64,000 nt of DNA from NCBI GenBank assembly GCA_044226625.1, contig JBGAGQ010000008.1:1-64000 (forward strand). Direction: 5' to 3'. Position numbers and translations under genes: made by a program. Under the pieces are notes generated by a model. The model searched no databases. It had not been told where the DNA came from and was given only the letters and a program-made list of their open reading frames with translations. The stretch comes from Thermoanaerobaculia bacterium (GTDB lineage Bacteria; Acidobacteriota; Thermoanaerobaculia; Multivoradales; UBA5704). Shown in pieces: positions 47,935 to 56,588 of the stretch. Within the stretch, counting starts at the first letter, position 1. Each line of letters starts with the position of its first letter.

Positions 47935-50900
47935 AGCTCGCCCTCCACCATGGCTCCTGGGAGGGCCCCAGAGAGGGGCGCCGCGGGCTCGTCGCGCAAC
48001 CAGAGGAACGCCTCGATCGCCGCGGCGAGCCGAGCCGGCGTGGGCGCGTCGAACAGGCTGCGCAGACCGAGGTCGACGCCGAAGCGCTCGCGCAGGCGGG
48101 CGAACAGCTGGGTGGCGATCAAGGACTGCCCCCCGAGCTCGAAGAAATCGTCGTCTCGGCCCACTCGCTGGATCCCGAGCAAACGTTGCCAGATTTCGCA
48201 AATCGCGGTTTCGACCTCGCCGCGCGGCTCGGCGAAGGCGGTGGCGAGCGTCGGGCGCTCATGCCGTTCCGGCTCCGCCCCCTCGGTGGTGCGCGTCGTG
48301 GAGAGGCGGATCCACTGGTCGATCCGGCGTTCGAGGTCGCCCACCGAGATCACCAGTCGCGGCCCCTGGAACAGCTGGAGAGCGCGTGAGAACGCCTCTC
48401 GGCCTTCGTCCGCGGCGAGAGCGAGCGACGCGTTGGTCACCCCGGTGATGCGGGAGCCGGCTTCGCCCCGCCAGGTGTCCCAATCGATCGCGAGCCAGCG
48501 CTTGCCGGCCTGGCACTGCGCGGCCGCGAAGGCGTCGAGGAACGAATTCGCGGCGACGTAGGAGGCAAATCCGAGCCCTCCGACCACGGTGGAGATCGAC
48601 GAACAGAGCACCACCCAGTCGGGTTCGTCGGCGCCGAGCGCCTTGGCGAGCGCTCGGGTCCCTCGGACCTTGGACCGGTCGTGGATCGCGCAATCCGCGG
48701 GGCCCAACTCGGCGACGTAGCGTAGCGACTCGACGCTCGTCGTACCGGCCGCGTGGATGACACCGGAGATGGGACCGAGTCGGGAACGAACGTCCGCGAG
48801 AGCCGCGGCGAGCGCGCGCTCGTCGGCGACGTCGACCGCAATCGGCTCCACGCGGGCACCGAGGTGCTCGAGGCGAGCCCAACGAGCCAATCGAGCGAGC
48901 GCCGGATCCCCCGCTTTCGCTTCGGCGAGCCGACGATCCCGTTCCTCAACCGTGGGCATCTCCGTTCGGCCGAGCAGCACCAGCTGCACCGGCCCCGAGG
49001 TTGCGAGCCCCTCGGCCAGCTGGGAACCGACCTCGCCGAGGCCGCCGGTCACGACATAGACGCCCCCCGGCCGAATCGGAAGGTCTTCCGCCGTGGAGGG
49101 AGGGAACCGTATGCGTTCGTGGACCTCCACCCAGCGTTGACCGCCCCGGTAGGCCACCGAGGTCTCCTCCGCGCCGCTTCCGACCTCGCGGGCGAGACGC
49201 CCGACGAGGTCGGCGCTCCCCGAACGATCGATGTCGATCGCCCGCAGCGCGAAACCGAGATATTCCTGCGGCACCACTCGCAACGCCCCTCGGACGGTCG
49301 CCTTGTCGGGATCGGTACGATCGCCGGCCGCGACCGCCTCCACTCCCTCGGTGACGACGACGACCTCCACGCCTTGCGCCCGGCGAGAGCCGAGAGCGCG
49401 TGCCAAGTAAACCAACGCCAGGAATCCCCATTCCTGCGCCCGCGCGAAACGCGCCTCGTCGCCAAGGTAGAGATCGTTGAGATCGTTGAGATCGTTGAGA
49501 TCCCTGCGACCGCCGTGATCGATCGGCTCCGCGAGCCAGAGGTGGACCACCCGCTCCGGTGTCCAAGGCAAAGCTTCGAGCAGCCGCTCGTAACTCGCGG
49601 CCTCCCCCGGGACGACGCCAAGACCTGTTCCGCCAACGCCTTCGAGGCGCGCCTCGGCCAACGCCACCTCGTCGCCCGCCGCGGCCAGCCGGTCCGCGAG
49701 CGAGCGGCCGAAGGGGCCCATGGAGAGCACCAGGGTCCGTTTCGGCCCCGACCTCGGCAACGGCCGCGGGGACTGCTTCCAAACCGGCACCCAGAATCGG
49801 TCGTCGGGCGGATCGGGCCTGCCGGCCTCCCCGACCGGCGCGAGGTTCGGCTGCCGCGCGGTATGCCAATAGCGCTTCCGTTCGAAGGGATAGGTGGGAA
49901 GGGAGACGCGGCCTCGTCGTTCCCCGGCAAACCCGGTTCGTAAATCGACCTCTCCACCGGCGAGCCAGATTCGCCCGAGGGCGCCGAGCAGGAAGTCGCG
50001 GTCCTTTCGGCCGTCCGCGGCGTTCCGCACGGTCGGGATCGCGTCGACCGGGGCGTCTCCCCCCTGGAGCTTGGCGAGCGAGGAGAGGCCGAAGCCCGGC
50101 CCGACCTCGACCAGGATTGGCGAACCTTCCTCGGAGAGCCCGGCCAACCCGTCGGCGAAACGTACGGTCTCGCACATGTGCCGCGCCCAGTATTCGGGAT
50201 CGGTGGCCTCATGGGCCGTGAGACGACGGCCGGTCAGATTCGACAGGATCGGGATCCGCGGCTCCTCGCGCGGCGTCGTCCGGACCAAGGCCGCCAGACG
50301 TTCGGCCGCGGGCACCAGGCTTCGCGAATGGAACGCGTGCGTGGTCGGGATCCGGCTCGAAGAAGTTCCCCGCCGTGTCAACTCGGCCTCGGTCTCCTCG
50401 ATCCCCTCGACCGGCCCGGACAGTACCGAGAGCGCAGGCCCGTTGACCGCGGCGAGGCCGAGCTCCCCCCGGAGCAGCCCGCGCGCCTCCGCTTCCGGCA
50501 GTGGGATCGCCAGCATCGCGCCCATGGGGAGCTCGGCGATCGCTTGCGCCCGCGCCGCCACGAGAGCTACCGCCGCCTCCAGCGAGAACACTCCGGCGAG
50601 GCAAGCCGCCGTGTACTCGCCGAGGCTGTAGCCGAGAACGGCCGCGGGGCGGATTCCCCACGATGCGAGAAGAGCGGCGAGCGCGATCTCGAACGCGAAT
50701 ACCGCGGGCTGCGCAATTTCGGTGCGCGCCAACGGCGAATCGGCGGCGAGCGGCGTGCCGCCGCGCCGGAGCAGGCGGCGCAGGTCCAGCCCTCCCGCCG
50801 CGGCGGTGGGCGCGCCCTCGTCCACGGCGAAGACGACCGCGCGTAAATCGAGCCCGAGGTGCGGCCGAAACAGCTCGGCGCACCGGTCGAAGGAATGGCG

Positions 50901-52643
50901 GAAGACCGGCTCGTCGCGATACAGGCCCGCCCCCATGTTCACGTAATGGTCGCCCAGGCCCGGCAGAAGGAACGCGATCGGCCGAGACCGCGCCACTCCG
51001 AGCCGGGTCGCGACCCGCTCGGGACTCGACCCCAGGAGGGCCTCCGCCGCATCGGCCGCGGTCGACGCGATCAGCGTCTTTCGATGCTGAAAGCGCTGGC
51101 GGCCGACGGTGAGCGTCCAGGCGACGTCGCCTAGATCGCGGTCCGGTCGTGCGGCCAGATCGTTTGCGAGCCTCGCGTGGGTCGCCTCGAGCGCCTCCGG
51201 AGTCGGGGCGGAGAGCACGAGCAGACGCGTCCTCTCGGGCGTCGTTTCGGCCGCGGGCCGCGCGGGGGCGGCCGCCAAGACCACGTGCGCATTGGTGCCG
51301 CCGAAGCCGAAGGAGCTCACCCCCGCATAGGCCGGCCCCGGACGATCCGCCCGCTCCGGCCAGGGAATTCGCCGCGTGACGACCTCGAGCCGCAATTCGT
51401 CGAAAGGAATCAGCGGGCTCGGCGTTTGATAGTTGAGAGTCGGCGGCAGCTCGCCGTGAGCGAGCGAGAGCGCTACCTTGATCAACCCGGCGACGCCCGC
51501 GGCGGTCTCCAGATGGCCGAAGTTGGTCTTGACCGCACCGATCCGGCAGGGGCGTTCCGCCGGGCGTCCCGGCGCCACGACCGCGCCGAGACCCTTGGCC
51601 TCGATCGGATCGCCGACGGCCGTCCCGCTGCCGTGAGCCTCGACGTAATCGACCTCGGAGGGAGCGATCCGGGCGCGCCGATACGCCTCGCGAATCACGG
51701 CCTCCTGGGCGCGCGGATTGGGCGCGGTGAGTCCGTTCGACCGACCGTCCTGGTTGACCGCGCTGCCGCGGATCACGGCGTAGACGCGATCGCCGTCTTC
51801 GAGCGCCCGGGAAAGGAGCTTGAGGGCGACCAGACCGGCGCCCTCGCCACGGACGTAACCGTTCGCCCGTGCGTCGAAGCTCTTGCACCGACCGTCCGGC
51901 GCCATCAGACCGCTCTTGGCCATCTCGATCGTCGGGCCCGGAGTTAGCAGGACGTTGACGCCGCCCGCCAGGGCGAAGGTCGCATCGCCGTCGCGAAGCG
52001 CCTGGCAGGCGAGATGGACCGCTACCAGGGAGGACGAGCAAGCGGTGTCCAGGGCGACGCTCGGGCCATGGAAGTCGAAAAAGTACGACAGGCGGTTCGC
52101 CGCGATCGAGAAGATCGTTCCGGGAGCGACGAAGGCGTCAATCGCGCTTGGATCGGCCATCTGGAGGCGCCGATAGTCGTCCATGAAGATGCCGACGAAA
52201 ATCCCCGCGGCGCTGCCCGCGAGGCTCTCCGGCGCGTATCCGGCGTCTTCGAGCGCCGCCCAGGCGACCTCCAAAAGGAGGCGGTGCTGCGGATCCATCC
52301 CCTCCGCCTCGCGCGGCGAGATCCCGAAGAACGACGCGTCGAACCGATCCACGTCGTCGAGGAATCCGCCCCATCGCGTGTTCATCTTGCCCGGTTTGGC
52401 GGGATCGGGATCGAAGAAGTCGTCGGCGCGCCAGCGCGCTTCGGGGACGACCGAGATCGCCTCCCGCCCTTCGGAAAGTAGGCTCCAGAAGGCCTCGGGG
52501 TCCTTCGCCCCCGGAAATCGACAGCCGATGCCGACGATCGCGACCGGCGCAGGATCGGGCGCTTGCTTTTGCGCGAGACGCTCGCGCAGCAGCGCCCGCT
52601 CTTCGGGCCCGAGGGCTTCCAGCCGAGACGCGAGATCAGCCAT
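47931..52643 (-). CDS. Type I PKS module KS-AT-KR-ACP (1570 aa)
   Basis: Real start is probably ATG 52643 (MADLASRLEALGPEERALLRERL; 8-nt overlap with the upstream stop). KS DTACSSS/HGSGT/KTNFGH; AT GYSLG and HAFHS; KR TGGLGEVG ... SSIS ... YVAAN; ACP GGQSL; C-terminal MVEGEL short docking motif. No DH or ER. Confidence 0.95.
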   Translation of the reverse strand: MADLASRLEALGPEERALLRERLAQKQAPDPAPVAIVGIGCRFPGAKDPEAFWSLLSEGREAISVVPEARWRADDFFDPDPAKPGKMNTRWGGFLDDVDRFDASFFGISPREAEGMDPQHRLLLEVAWAALEDAGYAPESLAGSAAGIFVGIFMDDYRRLQMADPSAIDAFVAPGTIFSIAANRLSYFFDFHGPSVALDTACSSSLVAVHLACQALRDGDATFALAGGVNVLLTPGPTIEMAKSGLMAPDGRCKSFDARANGYVRGEGAGLVALKLLSRALEDGDRVYAVIRGSAVNQDGRSNGLTAPNPRAQEAVIREAYRRARIAPSEVDYVEAHGSGTAVGDPIEAKGLGAVVAPGRPAERPCRIGAVKTNFGHLETAAGVAGLIKVALSLAHGELPPTLNYQTPSPLIPFDELRLEVVTRRIPWPERADRPGPAYAGVSSFGFGGTNAHVVLAAAPARPAAETTPERTRLLVLSAPTPEALEATHARLANDLAARPDRDLGDVAWTLTVGRQRFQHRKTLIASTAADAAEALLGSSPERVATRLGVARSRPIAFLLPGLGDHYVNMGAGLYRDEPVFRHSFDRCAELFRPHLGLDLRAVVFAVDEGAPTAAAGGLDLRRLLRRGGTPLAADSPLARTEIAQPAVFAFEIALAALLASWGIRPAAVLGYSLGEYTAACLAGVFSLEAAVALVAARAQAIAELPMGAMLAIPLPEAEARGLLRGELGLAAVNGPALSVLSGPVEGIEETEAELTRRGTSSSRIPTTHAFHSRSLVPAAERLAALVRTTPREEPRIPILSNLTGRRLTAHEATDPEYWARHMCETVRFADGLAGLSEEGSPILVEVGPGFGLSSLAKLQGGDAPVDAIPTVRNAADGRKDRDFLLGALGRIWLAGGEVDLRTGFAGERRGRVSLPTYPFERKRYWHTARQPNLAPVGEAGRPDPPDDRFWVPVWKQSPRPLPRSGPKRTLVLSMGPFGRSLADRLAAAGDEVALAEARLEGVGGTGLGVVPGEAASYERLLEALPWTPERVVHLWLAEPIDHGGRRDLNDLNDLNDLYLGDEARFARAQEWGFLALVYLARALGSRRAQGVEVVVVTEGVEAVAAGDRTDPDKATVRGALRVVPQEYLGFALRAIDIDRSGSADLVGRLAREVGSGAEETSVAYRGGQRWVEVHERIRFPPSTAEDLPIRPGGVYVVTGGLGEVGSQLAEGLATSGPVQLVLLGRTEMPTVEERDRRLAEAKAGDPALARLARWARLEHLGARVEPIAVDVADERALAAALADVRSRLGPISGVIHAAGTTSVESLRYVAELGPADCAIHDRSKVRGTRALAKALGADEPDWVVLCSSISTVVGGLGFASYVAANSFLDAFAAAQCQAGKRWLAIDWDTWRGEAGSRITGVTNASLALAADEGREAFSRALQLFQGPRLVISVGDLERRIDQWIRLSTTRTTEGAEPERHERPTLATAFAEPRGEVETAICEIWQRLLGIQRVGRDDDFFELGGQSLIATQLFARLRERFGVDLGLRSLFDAPTPARLAAAIEAFLWLRDEPAAPLSGALPGAMVEGEL
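49470..49502. repeat. In-frame 9-bp tandem repeat (gagatcgtt x3.7) encoding DLNDLNDLNDL in the PKS KR structural region
   Basis: Read directly: gagatcgtt gagatcgtt gagatcgtt gagatc. Confidence 0.9.
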
Positions 52644-55600
52644 CGACGTCCCGCGTTTCGCCCTCCGTCGAGAGCAACCGCAACATTTCATGCTCGGGCA
52701 GGGCTTCGAGATCGCGGAGAAGCGCTTCGATCTCGCCGCCAGATTTCGCCGGAGCCTCGGCCACCGCCCGTTCGTCCTCGGCGAGGAAGGAGGCAAGCGC
52801 CTCGATCGTCGGATGCTCCCAAGCCGCGATGCCGTCGACTTTCCTACCCAGCCAGTCAGAAAGCTCCGCGGCGAGCCGTACACCGGTCACCGAATCGAGA
52901 CCGAGCAGGGCGAACGGGCGGCGGACGTCGACTTCCGATCCATACAGACCGACTTCTCGCTCGATCCAGGAGCATAGGTACGCCCGGATCGCCGCCTCGG
53001 ATGCGGCGTTCGCCTTCCGCGGCTCATGTGCGGCCACAGGTGCGGCTTTCGGTGTGGCGCTCCCGCCGGCCGTCGGCCGCTCCCTCGCGAGGAGCGGATC
53101 GAGCGCATGATCCTCGCCGATCCGGCCCCGATCGAGGTCACCGATCGCGTTCGCATAGGCGCCGATTTCCGCGGCGAGCTGCTCGCGATCCATCGCCTCG
53201 CCAGCGCCTGACCGGAGCTTCTCGATCGCCGCAGAGAACCGCCTTTCGGCCCAATCGCGGGCGAGCGGCCCGGCGTTTCGCGCCGCGGCGGCCAGCGCTC
53301 CGAACGCCGCGACCTCGCCCAGGCGGAAATGTCGGAAGCGGAGACTCGAGAGGCGATCGCCGAACGGTCCGGCCTCCGTCGAGCCACCGAGCTCCGCGGC
53401 GACAGCCTCGATGCGCTCCGCGACCGCCTCGCCCTCCGGCAAATCTCGGAGGAAGTCGAGCAGCTCTCGGGAGCCGCTCGCGACCACCGCCCCGAGATGC
53501 ATCGAGAGCGCCTCCGTCGGCCCCTCGAAGATCCGATAGACGCGGGCGTCGCGGAGCAGTTGGGGTGCCTCGTTGGGCTCGACGTAGCCCCGCCCGCCCA
53601 GGATCTGGACCAAACCGTCCGCGGCCTCCCAAAGCAATTCGGGCGCCGTGACCTTGAGCGCGAGGGTGATCTCCTGGAAGAGCGGACGCCCCTGATCGTA
53701 GTGGGCCGCCACCTGCGAGACCCACGCGGAGAGGGCGCCGATCGCGCCGGCGAGATCGGTCAGCCAAACCCGGGCGACCGGGTTGTCGATCAACGCTCCG
53801 GTGGCCACCTCTCGCCGTTCGGCGTAGCGCAACGCGAGCTGTGCCGCCCTCTTCATCCCACCGAGCGACAAGGCCGCAAGGCACAGCCGAGTGAAACCCA
53901 TCGCATCCTCGGCGACCTCGAAGCCTGCGCCCAGCTCGCCGAGCCGTCGGTCCGCCGCCACCGGCGCGCCGGTCAGCGACACGCGCGCCTGCGACATGCC
54001 GCGCAGCCCCAGGGTCAGTGACTCCGGGCCGACCTCGAGCCCTGGCGTCTCCGCCGGCACGGCGAAGCCAGAGATTCCGAGCGACGCTCCGGTCCGATCG
54101 TAGGTACGCGCAAAGACGTAGAGGACGCCGGCCCAGGCCGCCGATCCGATCCACCATTTCTCGCCGGAGAGCAGGAACTCGCCCTTTTCGTTCTCGACCG
54201 CGACCGTCGAAAGCGCCCGCGGATTCGAGCCCGCGCCCGGCTCGGTGAGCGCGAAGGCGGTGAGCATGCGCCCCCTCGCGAGCACGGGTAGGAGCGCCTC
54301 TCGCACTTCGGGGCGAGCGAAGCGCAGCGGCCGCAGGCCGAACGAGTTGTGTCCGACGACGAAGGTCGCCAGGGTGAGGTCGATCGCCGCCAGTTGCTCG
54401 AGCAGGCGCAGGGCTTCGGCCGCGGGAAGTCCAAGGCCGCCGTACCCCGCGTCCACCATCAGACCGAACAGGCCGCGCTCCCCGAGCTCCAGCACCACCG
54501 ACGGTGGAAACGAGCGTCTCTCGTCGATCAGCCGCGAGTCCAGGCGCCGCGGCGCCCAATTCCGCACCCAGGAGATCAACTCGTCGGCACGACGTCGGGC
54601 GACATCCGGCGCCGAGGCGTCGGGGTTTGCCGGAAGCGCCGGCCGCCCCGGCGGTGACGGCGAATCGGCCGCGTTCCACGTGTAGAGGGCTCCGGTGTTG
54701 CCCCCGAGGTGCTTCGCCTTCGCGGCGCCGCGCTGCAATTTTCCGCTCGAGGTCTTGGGCAGCGAGCGCGCCGGGACGAGCGTCAAGGCGTCCAACTGGA
54801 TCTCGTGGTCTTCGAAGACCTCGCGCCGTGCCGCATCGACGATCGCGGGATATTCATCGGGCGAGGTCTCCTGGGAGATCTCGCACATCGCGGCAACGCG
54901 CTCCTCCCCTCCTCGTTCGATCGAGAAGCTCGCGGCGCCGCCGGGCCGAAGGCGGGGATGGGAACGCTCGAGCGACTGCTCCAGATCCTGCGGATAGAGA
55001 TTACGCCCGCGGATGATGATCAGGTCTTTGACGCGTCCTGCCACGTAGAGCTCGCCGTCGGCGAAAAAACCGAGGTCGCCGGTGCGCAGGTAGGGTCCAC
55101 GACCGTCGGCCAAATGAGCTCCGAAAGTGTCTGCGGTCTCGTCAGGGCGCTGCCAATAACCTCGAGCGACCACGGAGCCGCCGATCCAAATCTCACCGAC
55201 ATTTCCCTCCGCCACCAGCTCGCCGCGCTCCGGATCGATCGCCAAGACCTCGATGCCGGCGACCGGCGGCCCGCATCCGACCAGCCGTCGCCCCCCCGGA
55301 AGCGGTCGCGCGGCGCCTCCGCGCTCGAGCGCCTGAGGATCGATCGCGAGCTCCGTGTACCGATGCGCTTCGAGCTTTCGCGTCGTGACCAGGAGCGTCG
55401 CTTCGGCAAGGCCGTAGGAAGGGAAAAACGCGGACGGACGAAACCCCTGGGCTCCGAAGGCCGCTTCGAATCGATTCAGGGTGTCCGCGCGCACCGGCTC
55501 CGCGGCGTTATAGGCTACTTTCCAAGACGAGAGGTCAAGCGACGCCTTCTGTTCGTCGGACACCTTTCGCAAGGCAAGCTCGTAGACGAAATTCGGCCCA

Positions 55601-56355
55601 CCGCTGTGGGTGCCGGAAAACCGCGATATCGCTTCCAACCAGCGGTTCGGCCGCTGCACCACGGCGGCGGCCGGCAACAACATCGAACGAAAACCCGTAT
55701 GGACCGGTTGAATCAACCCATGCACCAAACCATCGTCGTGGAAATGTGGAACCCACATCACCGCTCGACTGTTCTCGTCGTAACCCCAAGCCAATCGAAT
55801 GGCCTCGGATCCGACGACGAGATTGCGATGAGTGACGATGACTCCCTTGGGTTTAGAAGTCGAGCCGGACGTGTACTGCAAGTACGCGATCTCGTCGAGA
55901 TCCGGAAGGGGTTGCGGGTTCGGATCACGGTCCGCCGCTTCGGCGAGAAGGCGATCCGTGGCAAGCCACGACACGCCTGGAGCGATTTCCGACTCCGCTT
56001 CTCCCAAGCGGTCGGCCAAAGAACCCGGAGCGAGCCCGATCGACGGAGTGGCGGCGAGAGCGACCGAGCGGAGACGCGGCAGCGTGCGTTCGAGGCGCCT
56101 CGGATCTGGCGCCGGCAAGGGCACCGCAACGATTCGCGCCATCAAACAGGCGTAAAAAGCCTCGATGAAATCGAGCCCCGGCGGAAACACCAAGAGCGCC
56201 CGCTCGCCCGCAGACACGCGAGCGGTCAAAAGCTCGGCGAGCCGTCGAGCGCGAAGCTCGAGATTCGCGGCGGTGATCTCGGCGTTGACCTCGTTGTCAT
56301 CCCCAAAAAATCGAAAGACAGGCAACTTCGGCGCAATCACACCAAGATTACGCAA
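52636..56355 (-). CDS. Lipoinitiation tridomain: fatty acyl-AMP ligase (FAAL) - acyl-CoA dehydrogenase - ACP (~1239 aa; start uncertain)
   Basis: FAAL motifs YLQYTSGSTSKPKG, HFHDDGL, SGGPNF, YGLAEATL, LRTGDLGF, RGRNLYPQDLE; ACAD motifs FALTEPGAGSN, GEKWWIG, GGRGY, RIFEGPTE; ACP LGLDSV; C-terminal docking helix. Confidence 0.93.
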   Translation of the reverse strand: MRNLGVIAPKLPVFRFFGDDNEVNAEITAANLELRARRLAELLTARVSAGERALLVFPPGLDFIEAFYACLMARIVAVPLPAPDPRRLERTLPRLRSVALAATPSIGLAPGSLADRLGEAESEIAPGVSWLATDRLLAEAADRDPNPQPLPDLDEIAYLQYTSGSTSKPKGVIVTHRNLVVGSEAIRLAWGYDENSRAVMWVPHFHDDGLVHGLIQPVHTGFRSMLLPAAAVVQRPNRWLEAISRFSGTHSGGPNFVYELALRKVSDEQKASLDLSSWKVAYNAAEPVRADTLNRFEAAFGAQGFRPSAFFPSYGLAEATLLVTTRKLEAHRYTELAIDPQALERGGAARPLPGGRRLVGCGPPVAGIEVLAIDPERGELVAEGNVGEIWIGGSVVARGYWQRPDETADTFGAHLADGRGPYLRTGDLGFFADGELYVAGRVKDLIIIRGRNLYPQDLEQSLERSHPRLRPGGAASFSIERGGEERVAAMCEISQETSPDEYPAIVDAARREVFEDHEIQLDALTLVPARSLPKTSSGKLQRGAAKAKHLGGNTGALYTWNAADSPSPPGRPALPANPDASAPDVARRRADELISWVRNWAPRRLDSRLIDERRSFPPSVVLELGERGLFGLMVDAGYGGLGLPAAEALRLLEQLAAIDLTLATFVVGHNSFGLRPLRFARPEVREALLPVLARGRMLTAFALTEPGAGSNPRALSTVAVENEKGEFLLSGEKWWIGSAAWAGVLYVFARTYDRTGASLGISGFAVPAETPGLEVGPESLTLGLRGMSQARVSLTGAPVAADRRLGELGAGFEVAEDAMGFTRLCLAALSLGGMKRAAQLALRYAERREVATGALIDNPVARVWLTDLAGAIGALSAWVSQVAAHYDQGRPLFQEITLALKVTAPELLWEAADGLVQILGGRGYVEPNEAPQLLRDARVYRIFEGPTEALSMHLGAVVASGSRELLDFLRDLPEGEAVAERIEAVAAELGGSTEAGPFGDRLSSLRFRHFRLGEVAAFGALAAAARNAGPLARDWAERRFSAAIEKLRSGAGEAMDREQLAAEIGAYANAIGDLDRGRIGEDHALDPLLARERPTAGGSATPKAAPVAAHEPRKANAASEAAIRAYLCSWIEREVGLYGSEVDVRRPFALLGLDSVTGVRLAAELSDWLGRKVDGIAAWEHPTIEALASFLAEDERAVAEAPAKSGGEIEALLRDLEALPEHEMLRLLSTEGETRDVDG

Positions 56356-56390
56356 GGATTCTATGACGGTGCGCAGAGTACCTTTCTCTC

Positions 56391-56588
56391 AACTAAGTGA
56401 AATTCATTCAAGCAATAGGCAGCACCTGGTTGGTTAGTGCGGTGAATCTGGGAAAGGGGGACAGCTCAGACATGAAGTCCCGATGAACGAACCGTTCCCG
56501 GGATCGTGCGAGGGAAACGAGGAATGGATTTCCAGGTATGATCCTCCGAGTGTCCTTTTGACGATCGTACGAATGGGAGCGCGACGAC
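56391..56588. promoter_or_regulatory. Divergent intergenic region, presumed promoters for the BGC operon (-) and the permease (+)
   Basis: The only sizeable non-coding gap upstream of the coupled operon, and visibly AT-richer (ctctcaactaagtgaaattcattcaagcaatagg). Promoter elements not assigned. Confidence 0.5.

Noticed and set aside
47935-48201. N-terminal extensions in the track for the hybrid gene (also 52644-52883, 26742-27017, 60137-60187, 60178-60231, 62452-62592)
   Set aside because: They overlap neighbouring genes or promoters and are low-complexity; downstream starts fit overlaps, SD sites or domain starts better.
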